This document shows positions 13,326-28,480 of a stretch of 64,000 nucleotides of DNA, piece after piece. The position numbers were made by a program, and so were the translations under genes. Where the stretch lies: positions 46,562,001 to 46,626,000 of the forward strand of contig NC_043003.1 in assembly GCF_006345805.1 (NCBI RefSeq), read 5' to 3'. The notes under the pieces are model-generated. The model had not been told where the DNA came from and ran no database searches. It saw only the letters and a list, made by a program, of their open reading frames with translations. This DNA is from Octopus sinensis. Its lineage: Eukaryota. The first letter of the stretch is position 1, and each line of letters starts with the position of its first letter.

Positions 13326-15905
13326 AACAAATTCGACCTGACAGACTTGGCATGCGTCTTCCAACGTTTTCGTCGATATTTAATGATTTTAAACAGAGTA
13401 ATCTTCATTTATGTTACTTCTGTTGTATTCGTACTTTTGCTTCACTTAACTCGACATACAAGGGCCTCTTTCCTTTCTTTTAGGATTCACTGCTTGAGGT
13501 GAAAGATGAGCAATAACTATATTTAAGCATTTCAAGTATCTAACTTTGTAAAATTTCTATGTTAAGACAATGACCTAACTGATCTACAGCTGAACTATTT
13601 GACACGACTTCTGTGCGACGTTGGTTAAACGAGAATGTCACCACGGAGCAAAACATTGGTTTCTAAACCAATTAGAGGTGTTCCTGAAATCTTTACAAAT
13701 TGTGATTTTATATAGGGTTTTGTGGTGATTTCGGCGATATTTTGTAATTTTTTGGAAATAGCTTCAAATAGGATATTTTATCGTACTGTGCATGCCTTTT
13801 AATTTTACCTTTCTGTCTTCTTTCAGTTACCATTAATGAATCATTCATATATTATTATCGTTAACTCAATCACGTTAGCAAATATTGGTTTTTTTAGATT
13901 CGATTTGCCACATCCTAGCAATAATAGCTGTCAATACCTCTCCAGTTCCTCCTTCAACTGCTATTATATCTTAGAGAGTAAACACTGAGATATTCTTTTT
14001 ACGAGAACATGAATCCATTGAAAGGAAGATGTGTCACGTTTCTCAACTGACATTACTAATGATATTACAGGCAAATATATTTTAAATGTTACGTTTTAAA
14101 TTCGTTTTATAGCATTTTATTTAGTTTGTGGTGAAAAGATTTATTTAACTATAGAAATTCCAGTTGAAAAGAAGCCGTATCAGTTATATAACATCTTATG
14201 TGGTCACTAGATACACACATGAACTACACGAGGAAATTCTTAACTGGTCTAATAGAGGCATTTATTCATAAAAAGTGCTCAAAAATAAACTGAAAATTAA
14301 TCGTAGGTTATGATCAATGATTAAATGTAAAAGAAACCTTTATAATGATAAATGTTGGACTACTTATTTAAAGAAAATATGTGTATATTTATCTAACTGT
14401 AAATACATATCTAGCTGTATCTATACATATTCACTTTTTCAGTTGGTGTTCAGAGAGTCAAGCTTTGATTTATACTTGATATAAATAGAAGTCGATCTCG
14501 AAGGATTGAATATAAGATATATCTGACAAACGAAACCACCGCGTTTATATACAACCGAAAAAAAGTACCGTTTGATCGAAATAGTAAAAATACCCTCAGA
14601 ATGCTCTACTTGAATAGAGTAAGTTATTTAGGAAGATGATTCATGAGCGGTGTCAAGCTTTCATTCCATATTACCAATGAGATATGCCAAAATTCCAACT
14701 TCAAAGAAATTTATTTCCAAGGATACGATTGAAAATTTGTCTGAGAATTTCTTTATAATCATTATTTCCATAACTTAAAAGAAGATTTGTAATTCCATTA
14801 AATCGCATAGTTGAGAGCTAATTTTCAGAACAATTTTTACAATGTATTATGTTATAGAAGTAAGGATATATGGACATATAATTGGCAGACATGGGATAGA
14901 TCGTAATACGTGTCTACTAGTTATTTTATTAACACTCAGGATAATAAAAAAAAGCTTCATCAGATGTTTGAAAAAAAACATGATCGCATTGTACATAAGC
15001 CGAGGTAGTATGTAGTCGCTCGAACTACTAGAAGTAAAGATCCAATCTATATCGTAGTCCACCAGGAATAGCTTACTGACCAGTGTATACTGAGAAACAC
15101 TATATCTGAACAAATTTAAAAAACATGGTTCATCATGTCTGTTCGATCAGTATTGACAAAAAATAAACAGCAACGACTGTAATATAACAGATGGACAGAA
15201 AAGGAATATTGTAATGTAGTCTGGTGATCTATATTTTAACCCTTTTCTGTAGTATCATATAATTCCCAAAATATATAAAATTCTTAAGATCTATAATATT
15301 TAATGAATATATTTCTAAATTATTAAAATATTGAGCTTATACAACTATTAAACCGTTAAATATGTGTATATAATAAGATTATAAATCTATTTTCTAAATA
15401 TGTTTTAAGTGAAGAAAAAAGTGTTTTTTTATTTTCAAATATATATGGCTAATATACATACTGTAATTTATTTGAAACCGAGGATAATGTTCTTACTTAT
15501 CTCGAATTACGTTATTGGAATAATTTTAAATATGGTTTATATAGAACACTGCAGGTATGTAATTGAAAACAATATCAATTACTTATATCAACACCTTTCC
15601 ACAGAAGCACACTGAAACGATCAAATCCACTGATAGCTTGATAGATTGTTTCTTACTTTATCGACTTTAGAATGTATCAAAGTCGAAGGTGATCATGGAA
15701 GTATTTTAATTTAGAAACGTTTAGTGTCGAAATTAAATACTGTTATGCCGTTCTTCTACTTCATTCATCACCAGATATTAAATATGTATTAAATTATATA
15801 CTTAATTAAGTACATTAGAAAATAATCACAATAAGTTATACAATAAGGCAGAGAGGATAAGAGACAAGTCATCTGCAAAAGAATATATACAGGTATGTGT
15901 GTGTG

Positions 15906-15952
<47 letters not shown>

Positions 15953-17690
15953 TCTTTTACTTGTTTCATTGCTTCAGGGGCAACCCGCGTGTTGCTGATA
16001 CTGTTTAGGTTTTCGGTTCTTCCAGGAAGAAAGCTTTTAAATTACCTTTTCTGTTACTTGTATAGTAGCTGGGATTTTTACCTTGGACAGTCACTTTTAA
16101 AATTTTCCTTTGGCCCCTACTGCAGAGGATAACTCTTCAATCGTATTATTTATTATATTCATTTTTAGTGTTGGGGCATTATGTCAAACAACTCATTACC
16201 AAACCTCACGTAAGCGCTACCCACTTGCTCATATTGTGCCACAGATTGTAACTTCAAAGCTAAAGATCAACGTCCTCTCAGATCTCTTTTACAGTTACCA
16301 AATACCTGCAAGTTCTGTGATAGTCAACAGGCAGGCACGCACTGCATTAACTTATTTTGTGTGCACATATAACAGGATTCCACACAGTTTCCGTCTGCTA
16401 AATTTCACTCAAAAGGTATTCGTCACCCAGAGTTTACAAGAGAAGATAGCGAAGGTACCATTTACCAGGAAAGACGTAATTGTGGAGTCAGTTTCTTAAC
16501 CACAGACTATTTTTACCGTAACTATATTTAAGAAAGCCCGCTTTGAACGAGCCTCAAGTAACCCTCAGTAATTACGGTATTTCTATAATTATTACAACTG
16601 TTCATTTCAAGGATTGGCATACGCCCATAAATTTCGAAGGATAATACAGTCAATTAATTCGACTATACATAAATGGTACAAATATTTTCGTCCTTGGAAG
16701 CGTGAAACGCGAAGCCAAATACAGCAAGTTTTGAACTCAGAACTTTAAGGAAACGTTAAGTGCCGAAAGGCATTGAATCCGTGGATTTACTATATTTCTG
16801 CCACTCACAAACCACTTTTTATCTATTTCAATATTTATGAAAAATTAACCTTACAAATTGCAGTAAAAGACAAACGTAAAAGTGTCTGTCCAAAGCAACA
16901 CACTTTAAAATCATAAAACATTAATTTGTTTTTACTGCACTTTCGACCAGTATTTAATCTATAACTATAGCGATGTATGTAATAACCAGTTAGTTCCTCA
17001 GTCATTTTTTCCTACTGCCTAATTCTTATGAACGGCCTCTGTCCAAAAAGCCTGCGAGTAAAATCACTAAGTTAAATTACAAAACATAAAATCCATTATA
17101 TTGAATTATGAATTGAGCAAGAGTTTGTTCACTTCGAAAAACGCAATCGAGGATGCTTGGTTGAAAATAAAAACTGTAAATCAAAATATATAGAAAAATA
17201 ATAAGATACAGATAAGTAAATTGCCTGCACAACCATTTACACATACACAAGTTCGCATACATAATAGATGAACATTCTATGCAAATATTGCGCATGTGTA
17301 TATAATACTATGTTTTCTACAGTGTGTATATATATATCATGAACACTTCTCTATGTATGTAAATGTAGTTATAAGCGAATAGAATTGTGAGGATGTATAT
17401 GCATGTGCGTGTGTGTTTGTGTGTGTGTGTGCATCTGTACGCATTTGTGCGTTTGTGTGTGTGTACGTGAGTTGTATATATGTGTGTGTGTGTATGTGTG
17501 CGTGTGAAATTCCCTGTGCCTCTTTGTATCTCTGTTTCTCATTCCCTCTCTCTCTCTCTCTCTCTCATAATAAATAATATATAGAAACACACATACGCAC
17601 ACACATTAATACGCAGAGTCACACACGACCGTGAGTATATGACTTTCTGTATGTATATGTGCGTTATAGTAAGGTAGGAACGTAGGAGGC

Positions 17691-17800
<110 letters not shown>

Positions 17801-17924
17801 TGTGTGGGTGTATATGCCTGCGTGTGAATTTAATCGACAATGCTTTCTTAATATCTTTATATGTATCTAAAACATTTTTTATTTGGTTTCATCTTTAAAT
17901 TTTAACTTTAGGTAATGAAAATAT

Positions 17925-18004
17925 CAATGATGATGCTGACGACGACGACGACGACGACAAACGATGACGACGATGATGATGGCGATGGTGATGATGATGA
18001 TGAC

Positions 18005-18035
<31 letters not shown>

Positions 18036-18300
18036 GAGGAGCAGGAACGTAATGACAGCGGCCAGGGTGGCGGCGGGGGTGATGGCAGTGATGGCGCTGG
18101 TGGTAGTAATGGCGGTGTAGGTGGTGGTTTTAGTTTGGTGGGGTGGTGTGGTGGTCGTGGAGATGCTCATCGTCGTCGTGGTCGTGGTGCTGATGTCGGC
18201 AGTGGCGGTGGTGGTGGTGCTGGTAGTGGTGGTGCTGGTGCTGGTAGTGGTGGTAGCAGTGGTGATGGGGGCAATAGTGGTGGTGGTGATGATGGTTTTA
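17925..18300. repeat. (GAC)n/(GAT)n/(GGT)n degenerate trinucleotide tract
   Basis: Direct inspection; source of the poly-M/G/H/T ORFs. Confidence 0.9.
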
Positions 18301-20626
18301 GGATGACGAGATGGAAGAGAAGGGTGGTACCTTCACAGGTCTTTATTTAATCGCTTTAAATTCAATGATGGATATATATTTGTTTATCTAATTGATTCCT
18401 TCTTCAATTTAGCCCAATTTGAGATCACTTTGACAAATTAAACTTTAACGAAAAAAAAACCGCTAAATCATTTTAGATAATTATATGAATAAATATATTG
18501 TTTTATGTTTATTATACTTTACTTTTATTGCATTTATACACACGTACATACACCCGCATGCACACATTCACACTTACGCATACTCTCACAGACACACAAA
18601 CACACGCATAACAAATTATTCAAATTAATATAAATGTATATATATATATATTTACACACGTATATATGTACGTATATTTGCTTCGAACAAAACATATAAT
18701 ACACACAATCTAGTTATGAGTGTGTTTATGCGTGTGGTGTAAATATGAACTTATATATATATGTATATATATATATAACACACACACACCATACACACAT
18801 AAGCACGCACACACACACACACACACACAACACACACATATATAATCCTAGTTACTTTCAGCTAAATTTGAGATCAATTTGAAGAATTACAAAACACACA
18901 AAGAAGAAATAATGGAAAATAAGAAAAGAAGTATCATTGATTTTTTTTTATTAAGATATTATATTTACAAATTTTATTTTATTTCAATATTTTGTCCTTT
19001 CTCGCGCTCTCTCTCTCTCTCTCTCCCTCTCTCCTTGTCTCCACTTTTTCATTCTCTCTCTCTATCTCTCTCCAAATACTTTCCCCAAAATTCTTGCGGT
19101 ATTGTTCAACAATGATAGAAGAAGAAATTAATATTAATATGAGCCTTTGTTGGAAAACCCTAATGAATAGTGAATTAATGTTTAATTTCTATCGCAAAGC
19201 TTTTTTATTTTATAAATTCACAAGCACAATGGATGTATGGTTTTATTTGACGATTCACTGAGATCGTGGGTTCCTATTCAACCTCAGGCAATGCACTGAG
19301 ATACTTGAGCTCAAACTCTTAACTCTCATTCTCTCATTGTTTATCATGCAGATGGTTTCTCAGAAATATTTAATCGTTTAAACAATGCTTTCTCTTTGCA
19401 GCAACAAGTACAATCTGTTTGTATATTTACACAACGATTTCCTAGCTAATACCTTGGCTAGTTACATACCCACAAATATAAGGCAATAAAAATAATATAC
19501 CCAGAATTGTCTTACATACATTCTCGAAATGTCAAGAAAAAATATTAACAATCGAACATTCATTTTGTTGTTGTTTTGTTGTTTTTTCTGTTATTTTATT
19601 TTATCATACCGAGCTTAAATCTCCTGGGGCCAACTTTGCCTTCCTTCCGAAGTCGACAAAATAAAGTACCAGTCAAGTACTGTTGTCGACGTCATCAACT
19701 TTACTTCTCAATTTAGGGTCTTGTGTATATATAAAAAAATAAATATTATTTATTATTGTTATTGCTTTTAAGATAGTGAATAGAAGAATTAGTTGAGCAT
19801 CGACATTATGGTATTTAGTTATGCATTTCTGTGTTAATATCCGTCGGGGTAGACTTAACGTTTTATCGTTTCAATTACACATCAAGTACAGGATGAATTA
19901 AAATGACATCTTCAACCATTCCGAATGTGTGATCCGGTACAGAAACGTTATTATAGGCTTTGTGCGTGATCAAATATAGCCATGTCAAGATTAATTTCTC
20001 CCTCATTATAGTGTATATAGGCAGAACAAATCATTCGGAGTAATATCTGTTCAATCTAGATCATATAACAATGTTCAACATAAGACCAAAGTCTCTAATC
20101 GTTTTGATCTGTGTTGCTGTTTGATTCTGGATCTAATTCAGATGATGTATGATGCTTGTTGTTCAACAGATTAGACACTATTATACTCATCGTACACAGA
20201 TATCCACTTCTATATAAGATATCTTTATTCAACTATCTAAGATTTTGGTGATCAACTTTCGGGCGATGAAATCTACTTACTGCGTATATTCTGGTGTTTG
20301 TTAAATAGTCTGGAAGGTTTCAATGTTATTACATTAAAAGTAGATCCTAATGAATAGATAATGAAAGACGTAATATACTCCTTTAGTTTTTCTTTCATTT
20401 CGCTCATTAACACAAATTTCAAATTACAGGTCAATTTTTTTTTTTTTACACAAATTTCTTCTTTTTGTATTTAAATTCCCTTACTGATGATAAAAGGTCA
20501 TGTCGCTTTCAGAACTGATGCTCATATAATCAAAATTACTTTGCCTCAACAGGATGTTATTCTGTCATATATTCGCGTGCGCACGCACTTACACTCACAC
20601 ACACATAGTGTATATATATATATATA

Positions 20627-21022
20627 TACTCTTTTACTTGTTTCAATCATTTGACTGCGGCCATGCTGGAGCACGACCTTTAGTCGAGCAAATTCACCCC
20701 AGCACTTATTCTTTGTAAGCCTAGTACTTATTCTATCGGTCTCTTTTTGCTGAATCCCTAAGTTACGGGGACGTAAACACACCAGCATCGATTGTCAAGC
20801 GATGTTGAGGGGACAAACAAAGACACACAAACATACACACACACATACATATATATATACACATATATGCGACGGGCTTCTTTCAGTTTCCGTCTACCAA
20901 ATCCACTCACAAGGCTTTGATCGGCCCGAGGCTATAGTAGAAGACACTTTCCCAAGGAGCCACGCAGTGGGACTGAACCCGGAACCATGTGGTTCGTAAG
21001 CAAGCTACTTATCACACAGCCA
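20627..21022 (-). mobile_element. SINE family A, full length
   Basis: Head, internal (TA/CA)n and the tail gctccagcatggccgcagtcaaatgattgaaacaagtaaaagag are all present. Confidence 0.92.
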
Positions 21023-21642
21023 AAGCGAATGTTTTTCTGTCCATCTGGGACCCCTAATTCTCGCTTTACATTTGCTCTACATAGACATATTATTTTTTGG
21101 GGGAATCAGGATGACCCCAGGATTGAAAATCTGCCCTTCATTTGCCTGTTGAATATCCAGCATCGGGACCTGATTTAAAAGTATTCGGGTTGCTATTTGC
21201 AGCAGGTAAAGCTTGGTTGATTCACGCATTTGTCAGATGACGTCGGAGATCAAGGAGGAGATGAATTGACATTCGCTTCGCTAATTTTCCGTCGAGATAA
21301 GAACTTTGGGGAAAATTGACCAAGAGTTGGAATTCAACTTGGGACTAGAACAATAGAACGATTGCATAGTAAAATTAATTCTCTTCCATACTTAACCGTT
21401 GATCAAACAACACCGGATCATATAGTCATTATAGATGTATTATAGTCAGCCGGCAGAAAATCTAGGGTTAAAATACGAACGAGATGGATGAATAATATTC
21501 AAGTTTCAGTTAATTGCGCCCAGGTATCCTGTACAAGTGTTTAAAGAGGGTTACGACCCTATTGAGGAGGTATCTGAGGACTCTATTCTCATCAATCTCC
21601 CAGGAATAATGGCTGGCGAAAATGTGTGTGTGTGTACGCATG

Positions 21643-21705
<63 letters not shown>

Positions 21706-21794
21706 CAAATAGATTCGTTATGCACACACGTGCGCGTGTGTGTGTGTATGTTTGTGTGGGTGTTTACGTGACCATGTATGTATTCATAAGAGAG

Positions 21795-21905
21795 GTGTAT
21801 GAAAAGTTTTGAGCCTTCAACGCCTTCGAGCCTTGAAGCCTTGTACCATTATCAGAAGTCTTGTACCATGTTTTGCTTTTTAGAGGCTCAAGACTTTTTA
21901 TACAC
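21795..21905. mobile_element. ~110-bp mini-element with mariner-like TIRs
   Basis: gtgtatgaaaagttttgagcct (21795-21816) versus the reverse complement of 21884-21905, gtgtataaaaagtcttgagcct: 20/22 identical. Confidence 0.6.
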
Positions 21906-21959
21906 GCACGTACATATAAAAAAAATTATATTTTCAAAATACCAAATTATTACTTTACT

Positions 21960-22340
21960 TACAATGGGAAACTATTCCTGATAGTACTATCTTTTATTGA
22001 TGCACCGATTCCAACGTTTTTCCAAGTTTTGGAATGTCGTCGGAAGAGTGTTTTCTGGGATAATAATGCTTTCTTAGAGCGAATTTTCTTAGAACACATC
22101 CAGCGCCTCAAATCGGCAAGGAATCAGGGTAGATTTCAACTTTAGCAACAGAAAAATATGTAGCTGCCAATTCCAAAGCATAGAGAGACTGAGATACGAA
22201 GGTAATTTCGTGCTTCACCAAAAAGTTACGGTGAGCGCATGAGCAGAAGATCTTTCATGGTGCAGCATCCAGATTTTATTTGTCCGTGCATAGGACCTTT
22301 TTCTTTCCACTGTCTCTCTCAAATATTTTAAGGTGTCCTG
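21960..22340 (-). pseudogene. Degenerate mariner transposase C-terminal fragment
   Basis: Minus-strand frames give ...IWMLHH..AH..., ...FLLLKLKSTL... and ...TFQNLEKRWNRCIN, resembling WxLHHDNAPAH, FLFPKLK and KRWxxCI of mariners. Confidence 0.7.
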
Positions 22341-23102
22341 GTGGATCTCATGCAACATAGTTGTCGTTTAGTATAGAGAAGTGACAGGGAAACACCGTTA
22401 GTAGGAGAGGATGGGAATGTGAAAGTGGGGAGTGAAGTATAATATCGGAACAAAACAGGGGACACTGCTAAGTTAAGAGAAGTTATGAGAAGTTAATATA
22501 AGCCAAAGCACTAATAAACAAGACAGGAGAAAATGAACAAGTAAAAAAGTAACAATTAAGAAATGAAAACGAAAAACTAAAAAGCTGAGGCTCTATGAAA
22601 GGATTAGATTTTAATATATTACATGAACTGTTAGGATATCAATGAAAATTCTTTTGTTAGTCGACTAAATACATAAATCAAATTCATGATGAATCAAATT
22701 CACAATCGTTATTCCAGTCAAAACAGGCGATCAACACTTCTTTCGGATGAGAAGAACTCTAATATGCCTGAGAAGTTACCACTAGTGCTGGAGAAATTGC
22801 GTCTCCAGTTAATACATTTTTGTGTTTTTTAATACTATAGGTCAATTAGAGATGCTTTATCGAAAGGAATGCTGCAGTATAGAAGATTTTTCAATGTTAT
22901 ATATGATTTAAATATGATATACAAATAGTGAATGTAACTAGAGGGCGGTCGCAACGACATTAACTGAAAGCCAAGGTCCAACATACACACATAGAGCTTG
23001 GCAGTACCTACTACTGTGTAGTGGTTGCCTAGCACGCTGTCGTGGAATTCCGACATATTTTAGGATATATTCATATATATCTATATTTGAAGACATGTAT
23101 AT

Positions 23103-23517
23103 AGGAGTGGCTGTGTGGTAAGAAGCTTGCTTACCAACCACATGGTTCCGGGTTCAGTCCCACTGCGTCTCACCTTGGGCAAGTGTATTCTGCTATAGCC
23201 ACGAGCTGACCAAATCCCTGTGAGTGGATTTGGTAGACGGAAACTGTAGGAAGCCCGTCGTATGTATATATATATATATATACTTACATACATATATAGA
23301 TAGATAGATAAATAGATAGATATAGTTGTGTGTCAGTGTTTTCCTCCATGGTCGTTTGACAAATGATGTTGGTGTGCTTACGTCCCCGTAACTTGGCAGT
23401 TCGGTAAAAGAGACCGATAGAATAAGTACTTGGCTTACAAAAAATAAGACTAAAGGCGGTGCTCCAGCATGGCCACAGTCATATGACTGAAACAATTAAA
23501 AAGGAAAAAAGAATAAA
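23103..23517 (+). mobile_element. SINE family A, full length
   Basis: aggagtggctgtgtggtaag...ggttccgggttcagtccc...ggcggtgctccagcatggcc. Confidence 0.92.
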
Positions 23518-25865
23518 ATTAGTATGTATATGAGAGGTTTTCGGAGTGCTGGAACGGATTGATTGGATTGATTATATTTTAATTAATTTCAATGGGAAAA
23601 ATTGATTTATAAAAGGAGTAGATCGTAAGAGAGCTCGGTCATGAAACGAATTAAGCTCGTACTGCGAGATATCACTGTATGTGGGTGTGAGTGTATGTGT
23701 GTGTGTGTGTGTGTGTGTGAGTGTATGTGTGTGTCTGAGTGTGTATATTCATGTATGTATGTATGAGTATATAAACGTCTATTCAAATATACGTATAAAA
23801 CGGATATGTGTAAATATAGGCATATACATATATGTATATGTGTATATGTGCGTGTGTGGGTTTCTGTGCTTGTGTGTTTGTGTGTGGGGTTTTCTTGTGT
23901 TTGTGCGTTTGCGTGTGTATATGTAAACGGGTACACACACACGCACACACTCATGTATGTACATATATAATTACGTAAGTGTGTGTGTGTGTGCGTATAT
24001 GTGTGTATGTATGTATGTATGCATGTATGTATGTATATTTGAATATAGATATGTTTAAACAGGTGACAGGAATGCAGATGATTTCATATATTACTGAATG
24101 TCATGAACGTTATGAAGATAGATGAAATTATAGATTGTTGTCATGGCAATGTGTTACGTCAACGACCTGCAAGCGTTGAGTTTCAAAATTTAGAGATTTA
24201 CTCAATAAGCTGATCTCTAGATATGATATGTGAAACAAAATATTTACGTATTCGTAACAATGCCGGAAGATGTGATCGAGTTCGAGGACCTTATGATAGA
24301 CTCGCAATTACACGGTCTGAGTTTCGATCCCACTGTGCTACAATCTGAACATATATTTTACTGAATCTTCGGATTAACTAATCACGAAACTAAGAAAGTT
24401 TTTTTTTTTTTATAATAGTTGTTTGTAATTGTTTTTGCTTTGTTTTTTCAGATACCAGCGATTATTTCCATAGACCGTCTCATTAGTATTTTCGTTTCGT
24501 ATTTTATACAATCACCTGGAGTATATTTTCTTAATTTTATCGTTTGTGTTGTAAGCTACGAAAGCCATACATTCTCTCGATTGTCTGTAAGTCACATCGC
24601 CATGGTCTCGACAAACAAATTGGTAAAAGGCGTTGCTCCGGAATAGTCCAAGAGAGATGCGCTGGAACAGACACTCTTATTCTGGGAATTAAATTTTTTA
24701 GAGAAAAGATTAAGTGGGGATCCGTTTCATGAATTCGATTTGTAATTCAAATTTCGCCAGCCTTTTCACTTATTGGATCTCACGCTTGTGCCTATATCTA
24801 TATATCTGTCTATTTCTCTCTCTCTCTCTCCCTCTACATATATATAGAGAGAGAGAAACAGAGAAAGAGAGAGAGAGATAAATTCGAGTCTTAAGTATTT
24901 TGGAACATGAACAGAACGTGAAATAATTCTTTTTATGGAGATCGAACTCGAAGCAAATAATGCTATAAGTAATAGTAAGTATAAATTTTTTGGATAGAAA
25001 AAGTCGAAGGCTGCCCGTGACACACACACACACACACATACATTTACCCTCTTTTATTAGTTTTAGCTTAACGTTGGGCAACCCCAACGGGTGTTGGGGG
25101 TGCCTACACCTTCATGAATCCTACTTTAATAGTTAGCATTTGGTGAATAAGGGAGTTTGATGCTCCCTTATTCCCCTTTCTTGCTCTCATTCCCCTTTCC
25201 TACCTTGAAGTTTGCTTATCTGAGCTCTTGACTCTAAATGCAATTTGAATTTCGAAAATATATATATATAAGTATGTATGTATGTATGTATGTATGTATG
25301 TATGTATGTATGTATGTATGTATGTATGTATGTATGTATGTATGTATGCATGTATGTATTATGTACGTATGTAAGTATGAATGTTCTGTTCGTGCACAAG
25401 ACTTGAAAGCTTCCTAGCTTTGTCTTTTGTAACTCTTATGTTGGTTTTCAGAGTGGTCTACCGAAATAGCAGCTTAAGGACGTTTATACGTTAAGTGGGA
25501 TTTGAATTCAGAATGGGCTGAGTCACACAATTTAAGGTGCTACCATTCCACCAATCCAGTTTATATAGTTTACTTTATTTACCAATCCCAGATGTGCGCA
25601 AAGTATAAATTTCGCTTCAGTATGATTTGAAATCAGAACTCAGAGAGCAGGATCAAATACAGCATGAATTCGACGCTCTCATGACTCTGCTATTTCTGTA
25701 CTTGCGCGCGCACACACACACACATGTGTTTATATACATACACAAATATATATGCATATATATGGTTTTATTATATATAAATATACATACGTTATATATA
25801 CTTTGACTACATTATATTATACATGCACATGTATTCATGCATGCATTCATATATGTATGCATAGT

Positions 25866-25957
25866 AGACGACACTTGCCGAAGGTGCCACGCAGTGGGAC
25901 TGAACCCGGAACCATGTAGTACGAAAGCAAGCTACTTACCACACAGTCACTCCTGCG
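25866..25957 (-). mobile_element. SINE family A, head only
   Basis: gacacttgccgaaggtgccacgcagtgggactgaacccggaaccatg...cacacagtcactcct. Confidence 0.85.
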
Positions 25958-26032
<75 letters not shown>

Positions 26033-27241
26033 ATATATCAAACTGTGGTTGCAGAACAAGCAAATACATATATATACATATATATACATATATATATATA
26101 CATATATATATATACATATATATATACATATATATACATATATATATACATATATACATACATATATATGTATATATATATATATATATATAAACTTAGA
26201 TATATATGGTTTCTGCATTCAGATGCATGTATATGTCTAAATGTCTACGTTTGCATATATATATATGCATATATGCGTAGAGAGGTGCAAATGTATAATT
26301 CTTTTCTCACATATTTAATTCTTCATTAACGTTACTGTATATATACTGATCGACGGCCGCTATACATATACCCATATACTTTCACATAAATACACACATG
26401 ACGTACATATATATATATGCTTATATATGCATGTGCGCCAATGTATAAATATACATGTATATATGCATGTGTAAATGTATTTGTGTGTATTTATTGCATA
26501 CAGCTAGAATTTCTCACTCACACATACATTCGCCTATACTCCCAGTTGTGATATTTTCACACGCATGCACATTCATAAATACACGCTCACAGAAGCTCAC
26601 ACATGCAGGGACGCACACTCACAAACACCAGACTCATATACATATATAGAATATTCAGACACAAATGCTAATACAAGCGAAATGTCTTTCAGCAGACTGC
26701 AAGAAAGTGGTGTGTTAATAGAGCATGGTCATTAAACTGTTATGGACATCTGAATGTCCATTCTCGGCGGAATCTCCTGTCGTCTTTTAACGGTCAGTTG
26801 TCAAGAGCCTCGAATCCTATGGAGACATTTCGGCTCTAAAAACGTCACTAGAACGCCTGACCTCTCAGACAGGCCACGCTGATTATGGTCCTCACGTTTG
26901 TTGGACAAATCACATTGCTTCCTTCCAAGTGCTAACAATGTGTGCAAATGAACGCTTTTTTTTTATACATCTATTTATCTATCTATTTATCTCTCTATCT
27001 ATCTATGTATTTATCTATATTTTTATATGTATGTACACACACAGTCACACAAAGCAGGGTAATATGTATGTTTATTCTGTGCGTATATGTGTGTGTTTAT
27101 ATGCATTTCAAAAATATGCGCCTGCAAATAATTATATAGTATATCTGTAATTAAATACGTAAGCTGATGCTCTCAAAGCTGTATGCACGTGTTAGGTGTG
27201 TATATATATGTATGTAGTATGTACATGCATATATGCATGTA

Positions 27242-27313
<72 letters not shown>

Positions 27314-27422
27314 AAGGCATATATATATGTATATATATATATGTGTACATATACATACATATATAGACATATATACAAATATAGACATGCAAACGCATAT
27401 ACTTACATCCCAACAGGAATAT

Positions 27423-27467
<45 letters not shown>

Positions 27468-27672
27468 ACCTAGATGCGTATATTTGTATATATGTGTATG
27501 TATGCATATATATAATGTATATATGTATATGCATACATACACAAATATATACTACATATATGGGTTTATGTATATTAATATGTCTCACTCTCTCTCTCTT
27601 TCTCTATACATACATATATAATATATATATATACACGTGCAGAAATACGTACATATATACATAGATATATAT

Positions 27673-27722
<50 letters not shown>

Positions 27723-28210
27723 GTATATATGTCTACATGTACATATGTTTGTGTGTAAATGTGCGTTTGTAATACACACACATGAGCAGCCAATCAAAAT
27801 GCTACGGTATCCACGCATAAAACATTGATCCTAACTATTATAAAGCATCCATCCGTTTAGCGGAAGATAACTGCGTAATAATGTAATAGGGGTAGTGTGA
27901 AGGTTACCTCGAATAATAAAGGGTGGAAGGTTAGTTGGGTTAAAACACACACACACACACGCGCGCACACACACAAAAAGAAAATAGTAATTCAGCCAAC
28001 ACAAACATAAACAAAAATGGACAGTAAATGAATATAAAACATGGCGACATTTGTCCGGTAAATTCTTGCTCACTGATAATCAAATAATAGCCAGTCGAGA
28101 GAAATCCCTCTCCACGACTGCAACTTAGACCTCACGAATAACTAAGAAGATCTCCACCGACACCACAACGGTTAAGTTACAACACCTCCCATCCTCTTAA
28201 GAATGCCCTA

Positions 28211-28246
<36 letters not shown>

Positions 28247-28339
28247 ATCTAAACAGAAGGTGGCGTCTAAGTGGTCTCTCAGCCGACTAGATATAGCAGA
28301 CATTCTCTCTCTAATGGTATCTTAACGTCTTAAAGAATA

Positions 28340-28480
28340 CAAAGAAACGCCTCGATATACGAATTAATTTGTTCCCCGGTGACCATCCGTAAAGCAAAAA
28401 CTCGTAAAGCAAAGCAATAATTTCCCACAGTAGCAATGTTATAAATCATAATTCGTCCCCAGAAAAATATTTTACCTATA
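28340..28480. mobile_element. Pogo/Tigger-like transposon end (relic)
   Basis: cgcctcgatatacgaattaatttgttcc...ctcgtaaagcaaagcaataatttcccac resembles Tigger-type TIR/subterminal sequence as I recall it; the second end was not found. Confidence 0.45.

Noticed and set aside
16925-17003. Minus-strand CTGAGGA...CGAAAGTGCAGTA hammerhead-like motif
   Set aside because: Stem II does not close, stem III has a G-G mismatch and stem I is absent.
17895-18350. Poly-M/G/H/T ORFs resembling low-complexity proteins
   Set aside because: They lie entirely within degenerate trinucleotide repeats, are open in several frames and show no domain or splice evidence.
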